Of a DNA stretch of 64,000 nt, positions 53,931 to 63,600 are shown piece after piece. The first letter of the stretch is position 1; every line of letters starts with the position of its first letter. The position numbers and the translations under genes are program-made. The notes beneath the pieces are model-generated. The model made no database searches, was not told the DNA's origin, and saw nothing but the letters and a program-made list of their open reading frames with translations. The stretch is taken from IMG/VR virus record IMGVR_UViG_3300028797_002668, positions 71,186 to 135,185 of that record. One strand, 5' to 3'. The DNA is from a virus. Taxonomy: Duplodnaviria; Caudoviricetes.

Positions 53931-56900
53931 ATGCCCGTAGTAAACGAAGAACAGAAACCACAAGTGAGACCGATGTACCGCTCGGTCTACCACGATACCG
54001 ATAACGACCGTATGTACGTATGGTATGTTGACGGTACTTTTGACGCTGTACCCGTCAAGCACGAGTTTTATACTACCATTAAGGGTCAGTACAATGCCGT
54101 CGAATGCGGAATGAAGAACATCTGGGACCAAGATGTCTACAAGATTGAAATCAAGAAGCGCGAAGGATTGTCTGCCTACGAATTTGAAAAGCGCATCCGC
54201 CAAGACCATAGCGGACCGAACAACAACCTCGCGGAAATCGATATCGACCCGCGATGCCGTTTCCTACAAGACCATTATAAAGACGCTGGAATGATGTCTC
54301 CGAAGATGGAGGACATCAATCTGTGCTTTATGGATATTGAAAACGCCACCACCGGACGATTCTCCGCGCCGGTCGAGGCGTTGTACCCAATCAACGTAGT
54401 TACCCTATCGTTTTCTAAAGGGAAAAAGCGTTACACTTTCGGCTTGCAGCGCGATATCGATGAAAAGTCGAAAGAGTTTTTACGATCCAAGAATTGCGAA
54501 TATGTTTTGTGCAGTAGCGAAGCTGACCTTATTTCGAAGGTGATGTATTGCATCGGTTCAAACGATGTAGACATCCTCTCCGGTTGGAACTTCGGGTACG
54601 ATACCGTGTATATGGCCACTCGTATCAAGAAGCTTAACGAAGGTCTTCCTCGCGCACAGCAGTTGTCCCTAGACTTGATGTCCAGAATGCGTGGGCATAA
54701 CAAGCACGCCTATTTGAACAAGGAGAATGAACTTGTCATTAACGGTACTGAAGTTATCGACTTCCTTGCCTTGTACAAGAAATATACGTTTTCCGAAGAA
54801 TCTTCTTATAAGTTGGACTATATCGGTGGAAAGGTCGTCGGTCAGCACAAGGCTCCGCTTCCTGACGGCTACCAGTCTTGGATTAACCACTGGTCTGACT
54901 ATGTAGTGTATAACTTTATCGACGTGGAACTTCTGGAACTCATTAACGAGAGGACCCAGATGTTCAAGCTTGCCGTTACCTCGGCTGCCGCCGCTCGTGT
55001 TCCTGTTTCGTTCGTGTTTGAGTCCAAGAAGATGCTGACTGGCTTCGTGCTGGATCACTTGCATCATACTGGACGCGTGTTCCCTCCGTACAAGACCCAG
55101 ACCAAGGAAGAGTTCCCCGGTGCTTTCGTTTACTCCGTTCCGGGCTACAAGGAATATTTGGTTTCGTATGACTACCGTTCACTATATCCGTCGATTATGA
55201 TGACTTTCAATACCTCTCCGGAGATGAAGGTCACTTTCCCGATTGATTATGTGCTGACGGAGGAAGAACGCAAGAATCTTATCAAGTCTCCTTGGGACCA
55301 CAATGGCCGTTACCAAGTCTACTTCCGCAAGGACAAAATCGGCGTCGTTCCCGAAGTTACTCGTCTTCTTTTCGACGGTCGTTCGGACTTGAAAAAGAAG
55401 ATGAAGAAGGCGAAGAAAGCCGGTGACAAGGAAGGTGCCGCAGTTTATGACATGATGCAGAAGGTGTACAAGGTATTGGGTAACTCTTTGTACGGTCTTC
55501 TCGGTTCCAACTTCTTTGCACTTTACGACGTTGACAATGCAGCTTCGATCACTGCTTACGGTCGTAGTCTTATCAAGTTCACTATCAAGTGCTTGACTGA
55601 GTATATCAACAACGACATAAGCACGGACGACCGTTTCTACAACGTATTCGGCTACCGTCCAGAAATCGACCCGGAACTGGTTGGTTCATTTACGGCTTCG
55701 GAACTCAATGATAAGTACCAGCGTATAAGCCATTTTGAAGACGACGATATGGAAGAAACTGAACTAGCCGACTCGTTTTCTGATGCGGAAAGCGACGTAT
55801 ATTACAAGAGAATGAGCCACGGTGATACCGACTCATTCTTCGTGAAGTTCGGCGATATTTTCGAGCCGTTCAGGTTGAAGCAAGGAACTGGAACATCGGT
55901 TCTTGTATTCAAGGGTCATGAACTTGTCGAGCACGAGAAGTTCGACAATGAGCATGAGCTTGATTCCAAGAAGTTCTTTAATAAGATGTGCCTCAAGTAT
56001 GGCAAGGACGGATGGACGTCCGCAGAGATGCGTACACCAGACGAACATACTGGATTCACCAAGTGCCAGATTACGTTTGCCGACGGTATCTATTTCTGTG
56101 GTGACTATAGGGTTATATACAACCGCTATCGTCTCACTGATTTCTGCCGTATTCTTGATGCTTGCATCCTTGAAGAGGAACTGGATAAGTACATGCTTGC
56201 CTACGCTAACAAGTGGAACTACTTAACAAACGAGCTGTTCCTCAAGCGTGAAAAATGCATCTACAAGTCCATTGTTACGGCCAAGAAAAAGTATATCTGC
56301 TTGGTCGAGTCAATGGAAGACATCGTTTACCTTAATCAAGGTCACAAGGACGAGAATGGTAAGTGGATTCAAGGCGATTTGTCAGTCAAGCCAGAATACG
56401 CTATCACCGGTCTTGAACTAGTCCGTAGTTCCACCGCTGTATTCGGTCGTGACCGTATGATGGAAATGGTGGACTTGATGATGGATGGTCTTGACCGTAC
56501 TAAAGTTCGCAACCGCTTGCTTGAAATGAAGAAGGAATTTTTCAAGGCTGTTGCTGACAATGACATCAACTACATCGCTTGTCCTAGCGGCGTCAAGACG
56601 GCACCGCCTCCGTTCGAAGTCCTTGAAAAGATGACGACCGAGGAAAAGCTCGCAAACAAGTACGAATGGCGTTGCCAAGGTGCGTCCGTTTGGAACTACT
56701 TGATTCTGCACGACCCGGAACTGTCCAAGCACACCTACGAACCGGTTGCCGCTGGCTCCAAGATCCGTTTCATCAAGAAAGCTGACAAGTTGTTCGGTGT
56801 GTCTATCATCTGCTACACTGGTGATGAATGTCCAGCTAGACTGCTCGAAATATTCCATCCGGACTGGGAAGAACACTGGAAGACCAGCGTCGCCCAAATT

Positions 56901-56981
56901 CTTGGAAGACTGTTTGAGGCCGTAGGCTGGGATGAACAGCTAGAATATGACGAAAGCGACTTTATGATGGAGTATTTCTAA
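53931..56981 (+). CDS. 43: Family B DNA polymerase, T4 gp43 homologue
   Basis: ExoI DIE, ExoII GWN..YD, ExoIII YNFID, DYRSLYPS, KVLGNSLYG, HGDTDS, KKKY, GLELVRSST. Confidence 0.95.
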   Translation: MPVVNEEQKPQVRPMYRSVYHDTDNDRMYVWYVDGTFDAVPVKHEFYTTIKGQYNAVECGMKNIWDQDVYKIEIKKREGLSAYEFEKRIRQDHSGPNNNLAEIDIDPRCRFLQDHYKDAGMMSPKMEDINLCFMDIENATTGRFSAPVEALYPINVVTLSFSKGKKRYTFGLQRDIDEKSKEFLRSKNCEYVLCSSEADLISKVMYCIGSNDVDILSGWNFGYDTVYMATRIKKLNEGLPRAQQLSLDLMSRMRGHNKHAYLNKENELVINGTEVIDFLALYKKYTFSEESSYKLDYIGGKVVGQHKAPLPDGYQSWINHWSDYVVYNFIDVELLELINERTQMFKLAVTSAAAARVPVSFVFESKKMLTGFVLDHLHHTGRVFPPYKTQTKEEFPGAFVYSVPGYKEYLVSYDYRSLYPSIMMTFNTSPEMKVTFPIDYVLTEEERKNLIKSPWDHNGRYQVYFRKDKIGVVPEVTRLLFDGRSDLKKKMKKAKKAGDKEGAAVYDMMQKVYKVLGNSLYGLLGSNFFALYDVDNAASITAYGRSLIKFTIKCLTEYINNDISTDDRFYNVFGYRPEIDPELVGSFTASELNDKYQRISHFEDDDMEETELADSFSDAESDVYYKRMSHGDTDSFFVKFGDIFEPFRLKQGTGTSVLVFKGHELVEHEKFDNEHELDSKKFFNKMCLKYGKDGWTSAEMRTPDEHTGFTKCQITFADGIYFCGDYRVIYNRYRLTDFCRILDACILEEELDKYMLAYANKWNYLTNELFLKREKCIYKSIVTAKKKYICLVESMEDIVYLNQGHKDENGKWIQGDLSVKPEYAITGLELVRSSTAVFGRDRMMEMVDLMMDGLDRTKVRNRLLEMKKEFFKAVADNDINYIACPSGVKTAPPPFEVLEKMTTEEKLANKYEWRCQGASVWNYLILHDPELSKHTYEPVAAGSKIRFIKKADKLFGVSIICYTGDECPARLLEIFHPDWEEHWKTSVAQILGRLFEAVGWDEQLEYDESDFMMEYF

Positions 56982-57496
56982 TGATTAAGCCAACCATAAT
57001 CGAAAAAATTCTGGCTAGACTCCAGTATTCAACAATCGGTAGGAAAGTCGAGTTGTGGTTTCGCCGTCGTCGTAACAAGAAGCTTGTCGATGAGCTTCCG
57101 TTTTTGCGTCCGTTGAATTATGACGGTTCGGTCGATACTAAGTACGACTATGATTGGACTCAATTGGACAATTTTCCAAACGGTTGGCGTAAGCTCATTA
57201 TGAAGCATCTGAAAGCCGTGAAGGAAGTCTTGGTAAAGTATGGACAGATGGACAAGCTGATAATTGTCGAATCAAAGGAGAAGTGGGGTGAAGCTCGAAT
57301 CTACTACTCCGGTCTGGACAATGCCGACTGCTACGATGAAATAGACGAAATCTTTAACCGTATGAGTGCGGAGAGCGGTAAGACGTGTTGCGTCTGCGGA
57401 AAGAAAGCGGAATACCAGACGATTGGCTGGATTCTGCCGTTCTGCGGGAAGTGCATCAAGCGTACGACTGGTCGTAACCGCAAGATCGAGAATTAG
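56981..57496 (+). CDS. Conserved-type phage hypothetical protein with zinc-binding motifs
   Basis: GWRKLI, KEKWGEARIY, CCVCG..GW...CGKC. Confidence 0.65.
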   Translation: MIKPTIIEKILARLQYSTIGRKVELWFRRRRNKKLVDELPFLRPLNYDGSVDTKYDYDWTQLDNFPNGWRKLIMKHLKAVKEVLVKYGQMDKLIIVESKEKWGEARIYYSGLDNADCYDEIDEIFNRMSAESGKTCCVCGKKAEYQTIGWILPFCGKCIKRTTGRNRKIEN

Positions 57497-57816
57497 GAGC
57501 TTGCCGTGCTGGTATCTGCCGAAACATTCTCAGGGAATCCGTTGCCCATAATGCCGAGCGACGTGCGACCAGCTGCCGGATATACGGCTGCTTTTGCGCC
57601 TTGTTTGGCAGCATGGCAACGTGCCAGTGCCTTGTCGGAGACCGTCTGCTTGTCGAAGTATTCGTTCTCGTCAAGCTCGTCGGTACAAGTACGCGGCTGC
57701 GGAATGTTCTGCGGTGGGTTCACGTCGGAACATACTTGTTCGTACAGCGATGTTGCGGCCTTGCCGCATTCGCTTTTAAGATTAGAAACATAGGAATAAA
57801 AATTAACCTTCGACAT
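57493..57816 (-). CDS. Small hypothetical late protein (107 aa)
   Basis: Fills the gap exactly; GATAAACT at 57823-57830. Confidence 0.55.
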   Translation of the reverse strand: MSKVNFYSYVSNLKSECGKAATSLYEQVCSDVNPPQNIPQPRTCTDELDENEYFDKQTVSDKALARCHAAKQGAKAAVYPAAGRTSLGIMGNGFPENVSADTSTASS

Positions 57817-57830
57817 ACTAGGAGTTTATC

Positions 57831-58847
57831 ATGATATCTATTGGAAACACTGGATTTAACGACGAAAACGGAATCGGAGCTGAAATCCGCAAGAATGAAC
57901 CTTGGACTAAAAAGTACGAAGGTCACGACCTTACTGGTATTATATTACCGACCGACATCCATAATGAAATCGAGTTCGCTCTGGAGAACAATTCTCTGAC
58001 GGACTACATTTTCCATTCTGGTGCTCCGGGAACTGGTAAGACATCCCTTGCGAAGGCCATTCCGGAAATGCTCGGCGTTGACAGCAAGTTCTTCAAGTGT
58101 ACGAAGGATAGCGAAATTATGGACTCCATCGAGGAGTACATTATGTACAGCTCTCCCAACGGAAAGCCGCGCTTTATCATCATCGACGAAGCCGACAAGC
58201 CGAAGGATGCCGACCGTCTGTTCCGTTTCCTCCAGTCTACGATTTCCGAAGAGACCAGAACTGTGCGTTTTATCTTGACGATGAACGATTTCTGGCGTAT
58301 TCCGGATGCCATTGTGTCACGATGCCATCCTATCGAGTTCACGGTTCCGTCTCTTGAAGACCGTGATTACAAGAATCGCCTTTACAAGCACTTGATGAAA
58401 ATCGCTATGAGGGAAACCGAGCCGTTTGGCTGCAAGGTTGACAAGAACACGATTGTCCGCTTGATTAACGACTATTTCCCGGACATCCGTCAGATGATTG
58501 TCTGTATGCAGTCGATCTTCAACAAGAACCGTGGTAGCATAACCGGTGAACCTCCTCGTATTGGTGGGGAGATGATTTCCGAGCTTTTCCGCTTGACCAC
58601 GACGTACCAAGTCGTCCCGCTCCGGCAGTACATTTCGGCACAGGTCAAGTTCCCTCGCAGCATCTATACTCCGTTCTGCGACTATGCCGTTGAACACTTG
58701 CCGCAAGATGTTTTGCTTCCGTTTGGAATCCTCGCTGCAGATTACATTTTCAAGTCTGCTCACGCGGTCGACCAAGAAATCAACCTATGGGGATTCTTGC
58801 TGAACGTGATGAAGGTTCTCCAGTCCGCCAAGAAAGAGGTCAAGTAA
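57831..58847 (+). CDS. 44: Clamp loader AAA+ subunit, T4 gp44 homologue
   Basis: PWTKKY, GAPGTGKTS, IIIDEAD, RFILTMN, SRC, YFPDIR. Confidence 0.92.
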   Translation: MISIGNTGFNDENGIGAEIRKNEPWTKKYEGHDLTGIILPTDIHNEIEFALENNSLTDYIFHSGAPGTGKTSLAKAIPEMLGVDSKFFKCTKDSEIMDSIEEYIMYSSPNGKPRFIIIDEADKPKDADRLFRFLQSTISEETRTVRFILTMNDFWRIPDAIVSRCHPIEFTVPSLEDRDYKNRLYKHLMKIAMRETEPFGCKVDKNTIVRLINDYFPDIRQMIVCMQSIFNKNRGSITGEPPRIGGEMISELFRLTTTYQVVPLRQYISAQVKFPRSIYTPFCDYAVEHLPQDVLLPFGILAADYIFKSAHAVDQEINLWGFLLNVMKVLQSAKKEVK

Positions 58848-59317
58848 TGTCGTTTGACCACAAGAAGTTCATAGCCGACCGACAGCTTGGCAACCCGGTC
58901 ACAGGAGCCGACGTTGCGGATTTCGACTCATATGCCGCGCTGTACACCTTGTCGATGACGCCGGGTCTAATCAATGCCATTACCGCTATCAATACTATTC
59001 AATTTACTAAATTGTCTAAGCATACCCAAGCTAAGGTGATGGAATGGTTCAACAAGAAGCCAATTAGCGACGGCTATATACGGGCATATCCGTCAGAGAT
59101 TAACGCGGTTAATCAAAGACGCGAACGTATAATGGACGTTTACGACGTTTCTATGCTTGAGGCCGATATGCTGCAGCGTTACGGACTTGTCGATATGGAT
59201 CTGATAAACGAGTTCTATGAGTACAAGACGAATGGTATTCTTCCGAAGGCGAAGAAGGCCAAGAAATATAAAAAAGAGGATAAATCTAATGGAACCGAAT
59301 TGGAAGAAAGTCATTGA
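58847..59317 (+). CDS. 62: Probable clamp loader small subunit, gp62-like
   Basis: TAATG-coupled to gp44; FDSY...LSM and IMDVYDVSMLEA resemble gp62. Confidence 0.65.
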   Translation: MSFDHKKFIADRQLGNPVTGADVADFDSYAALYTLSMTPGLINAITAINTIQFTKLSKHTQAKVMEWFNKKPISDGYIRAYPSEINAVNQRRERIMDVYDVSMLEADMLQRYGLVDMDLINEFYEYKTNGILPKAKKAKKYKKEDKSNGTELEESH

Positions 59318-59525
59318 CGAACTGCCGTCCCACGGAAGAGCGGTCGCCATTTTTCCGCATCACAATGGCAACGAGTTCGCTTGTTGGAATGATTACCACC
59401 AGTGCTGGGACACGCCGGACGGGGATGACTACATGTGCGATAAGGATTCCGTGTTTTGTTGGTTCGAAATTCCGGACGTTCCCCAAGAATTGAAAGATGA
59501 ATGGGCAAATGGTAAATCCAAATAG
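59289..59525 (+). CDS. Small hypothetical protein (DUF551-like)
   Basis: MEPNWKKVIDELP ... WFEIPDVP pattern; GAGGA RBS. Confidence 0.55.
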   Translation: MEPNWKKVIDELPSHGRAVAIFPHHNGNEFACWNDYHQCWDTPDGDDYMCDKDSVFCWFEIPDVPQELKDEWANGKSK

Positions 59526-59739
59526 TGAAGATGTCCAGCTTCTGATGGACACGTTCCACGTCGACAAGGACAAGGCTATCCGTATGATCGAGGGTGGCTG
59601 GAATGTCGACTATATGAAAAAAGGCATCTTTGATACAATAGATGCCGAGGTTAATTTGGAGAGTAAGGTCAATGACCTGAAGAAGGCCGTCGACTCGTCA
59701 CTGCAGAAGACTGCCGAGTTTCAGAAGGACTTTAAGTAG
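59509..59739 (+). CDS. Small hypothetical protein
   Basis: Operonic ORF beginning MVNPNSEDVQLLM. Confidence 0.5.
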   Translation: MVNPNSEDVQLLMDTFHVDKDKAIRMIEGGWNVDYMKKGIFDTIDAEVNLESKVNDLKKAVDSSLQKTAEFQKDFK

Positions 59740-60540
59740 GTTCTGGGTCTGGTCACCGTTGGCGTTGCCGTCGGTTTCGTCTTCCTCTGGTTCTTTCGGT
59801 CTGTAGTTACCATTCTCGTCGAGTTCAACTGCGCTATCGGTGTCGTCCAGCTTTTCAGTCTGCTGGGCGACATTTTCTTCATTAGAAACCATTTCCGGAG
59901 TCTGTTCTTCATCCTTGACCTTATCGAACGAAAGGTCTTCTCCTTCGATTCGTAGAGCGGTATCAGCATATTGCGAAATCAAGTCTAGTAATTGTTCGTC
60001 GGGAGGATTCCCACGAAAATCGCCTTCTCCAGACGCGAAATCATATAAATATTCAGCTACGGTCTTACCTTCGACATCTTGTTCAAACCATGCGTTTCCC
60101 GGTTCAGTATTCTCGGTATCTCCCGGAACTGTAACCGCGTTATAGCACATATCCTTCTGCAGAAGTTCTTTCAGTAGCTGATAGTTGACAACTTGTGTGG
60201 TTTTTCCGAGTGCTGCTTGAACGAGTGTTTTTAACACGGTGTCATAGTTAGAATCCTTTGCCGTAAGTACGATAGGGTCGATTTTGAGCAAGTCTTTCAG
60301 CTGTAACGCGGCCCATATATGAAGTTGGGTCGTCCATTCGCCGTCCGACGTGCGGATAGGCTGTACAAACTGCATGGGAAATTTCAGCAGAGCGCGACGT
60401 GATGTCGGAGAAATTATGTCTGAATTGTTGTTCATAGCGTTCTGAAACGCCTCGATAATCGCCTTGTCGTTTGGACGTGCTGCCTTCAGCTCGTTCAGCT
60501 TGTAGTTCATAATCGTGCAAATTTCTGCGGTTTCTGACAT
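59698..60540 (-). CDS. Hypothetical late protein with ankyrin-like motifs and an acidic tail
   Basis: TQLHIWA, KDSNYDTVL, QDVEGKTVAEY; GATAAACT at 60570-60577. Confidence 0.55.
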   Translation of the reverse strand: MSETAEICTIMNYKLNELKAARPNDKAIIEAFQNAMNNNSDIISPTSRRALLKFPMQFVQPIRTSDGEWTTQLHIWAALQLKDLLKIDPIVLTAKDSNYDTVLKTLVQAALGKTTQVVNYQLLKELLQKDMCYNAVTVPGDTENTEPGNAWFEQDVEGKTVAEYLYDFASGEGDFRGNPPDEQLLDLISQYADTALRIEGEDLSFDKVKDEEQTPEMVSNEENVAQQTEKLDDTDSAVELDENGNYRPKEPEEDETDGNANGDQTQNLLKVLLKLGSLLQ

Positions 60541-60569
60541 TTTGGCGCCGTCTTTGATGTTCTAAACGG

Positions 60570-60616
60570 AGTTTATCAGTTTTGAGCGACAAAAAATCGT
60601 GACCACGCCATAAACT
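60570..60616. promoter_or_regulatory. Divergent pair of late motifs: GATAAACT (minus, 60570-60577) and CATAAACT (plus, 60609-60616)
   Basis: Each lies about 30 bp from its start codon. Confidence 0.65.
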
Positions 60617-60647
60617 TTGTGGAAACAAACGTACCATGAGGTAAACT

Positions 60648-63600
60648 ATGGGAACTAAAATGGGTTTTCCGCCGGGTGTACGAATCCAGCTGCGCGATAA
60701 TTCTGGCTACTCTGTAGTCGAGAATCCGGCTACGACAGCCGGTATCGTCGGTTTTGCTTCTAAGGGTGAATTGAACAAAATCATCCAAGTGAATACGACC
60801 GCCGAACAGGACGCTAAGCTTGGTTATGGCTACCAGAGCTACAAGTACAACCAAGGAATGTATGCTGCTCGTGCGGTGCTCGACGCTGGCGGCGTTGTCG
60901 AATTTGTCCGTCCGTATGGCGAAGAAATCGACCGTACAGACCCGCGTAAGCGTGATTTGAAGACTGACGCCTTTGTGGTTGCGTTCGACAAGAATGCTGG
61001 TCAGTATGCGCAAAAAGATAAGCGAGATTCCTTTAAGATTGAACATTTTGCTGCTACTCGTTTCAAAACGGATGGTGCCGCCGCGTATGGTGTTAAACGT
61101 AAGATTAACAACATCGCCGAAGCTGTTGTTTCAGGAAGCAACGTAGACTTCGGTCTTACGGCTGCCGAAGACTATGCCGATAGCGAAAAGTCTCGTAAGT
61201 GGGATGGTGAACATTGTACTGATATGGTACTCTTTTCCATCTTGAACCGTGACCCAAGTTATGCCTACCGAGCATATGACCGTTTTGAAGTTGTTGGTAC
61301 TCCACAATATCAAGATAATTCTACGGTTGAAGTGACACTTGCGTCTAATCCGACGTTCGTCATCGGCGACAAGGTGTTGTTGCCAGCGTCTGGTGGTCGC
61401 AATAACATCGACTTGACGGCAACTGTGACAGATATTTTGGATGATCACAAGGTTGAACTTAAGATAGATGAACCGCCGTCTAGCGGAAATCAGTTCTTTA
61501 CATCCGTAATCTTTTCTCCCGATAAGGCATCTGCTATCGAGGACGGTTTCGACTACATGACCATCAAGACCGCTGTTGCCGGCCAAGGTGTTAAGAAATT
61601 TGATGCGATTCAGTGGGGTGTTCAGAGGGATAATAACAACGCTAATTTCGTCACGTTTAATCCTTCTAGCATAAAGATTGGTTCTTCGTTCATGTTTAAG
61701 AACAGGCAAGGCAATCTTGAAGAAATCCGTCTTTGGATGTCTACCCCAGTTACCGTTAATGTCGCAGTTGATACCGATACATTGACCATCCCTGCGACAG
61801 ATATGCAATTTGTTGAAGGTGACGTTCTATCGTTTAAAATGGGTGATGTGCTTTATTCAGATCTTGTTGTTAAAACTGTTGACGATAATGGTGCTGCGGT
61901 AGTAGATTCACCGTTTACTCAAAGTGAACCAGCTAGTATATCTGTTCAGTTGACCATTACAGAATGTTCTGAAGATGTGCTTTATGCTGACATTACGGAC
62001 GCTAATTCGTGGACTGATGTTGCTAACGCCGTCGTGAAGGTGATGAATAGCTCTAAACTTGGTTTTGCTAAGAATGCAGTTACCAACGACATCAATAGTG
62101 CTAGCGGTAATAAGTTCATCGTTGATCCGAATGCGGCATTTGACTATGCAATCGGCGACAAGGTTGTTGTGGTATTGGGTAGTGATGAAAGTATTCCGGA
62201 TGCATCGATTGTTGACGCGGTGCTATCTACCAAGCTTGAAGTCACAGATGTCAATACGTTCAACGGTGAAATTACGGTAAACGCCGCGCATGGTGTCGTC
62301 ATGACACCTGGTGTTCGCTTGCAACTTCTCAACCTTTCTACTACATCTGCTACAGCGTACAATGCGGTAACATCTGTAAACGGTGTTGAAGACGGTAGTC
62401 AAACAGATATTTCAATAACGGTTCCAGCTAATCAAACTGATGGCACGGCATCATGTGCTTTAGAAAATGGTTATGACCGAGTAGTTGTATCGACGACCTA
62501 TGCTAATGCTGTTGTTAGTTGGTCAAATAATACGATTACGGTTAGCTTTGATAACGAATCCGACCAACCTCGAACGGTTACCGTTAAAGCTACGCAGCAA
62601 CGTGACGTGGTTATCGACGTTGTGACGACCTATATCGTTTCTAGCTACACGATGTACGTAAGCTCGGCTGACCAAAAGCTTGAAGTAATTAACAACGATG
62701 AACTTTCTGAGATTACGTCTAAGAAGGACGTTTGGAATATCGACGTGGAAAAGTCCAAGAAGGTACTTGCTGACAGCGATATCGGCGCGACTTTCCTTGG
62801 ACTCGGTCTTGCCAAGACTGATTACATTGATGTCGACTTTGACAACAATCCTCATCAAGTCTATGTGTTGACCGACGAAGGTGCTACAATCGCACGTATG
62901 TACCTTTCTATCCGTTACCGCTTTAATGGCAAGGTTTACGAGTTCGACGGTACGATTGTTCCTTACAGCACTTCCACTAAGGTTCAGCTCGGAATCAAGT
63001 ATTCTGCTGATTATGAGCTTACTGACAGTGGTCTAGAATTCGTCATGAATGATTCTGGTGTTCTCGACTACTTCCTCGAAAATAGCTCTTACGACTTGTC
63101 TCAGTCGCTTGTCGGCGGTACACTCAACGGTTCTGTCATGGCGATTGCATACAACCAGGAAGACCCTGCTATCAAGAACGACGCAGTCTGGACTTACAAT
63201 CCGTTGAACAACCGTTCTGGCAGCACTCTCTCGACGGTATGGAACCTCTTCCTCAACAAGGACGGTTCTGACGTCGATATGCTAGTATCTGCTGGTATGG
63301 CTATCAATAACCCGTTCATGAACAAAATTGAAACCTTGAACACTCAGGTTATGCAAGCTATGTTGAACGTGTGTGAAGCTCGTAAGGACTGCTTCGCAAT
63401 CTTCGACGGTGTGTCTGAACCGGATATTACCAAGGCTCTCAAGAAGGACATTGCTGCTACCGGTTTCGTATCGAATCTTGGCCGTTGGGGTATGCTTTAC
63501 GACGGTCGTGGTCTCGTCCATGACTCTGTGTACACCAATGGTGAAGCGGAAATCATGAAGTCCGTACAGTTGGCTTCTATCATTACTGGCAACCGTCAGT

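Noticed and set aside
53931-56981. Intein or intron in the DNA polymerase
   Set aside because: ORF is continuous; no intein-type termini or homing-endonuclease motifs in the inserts
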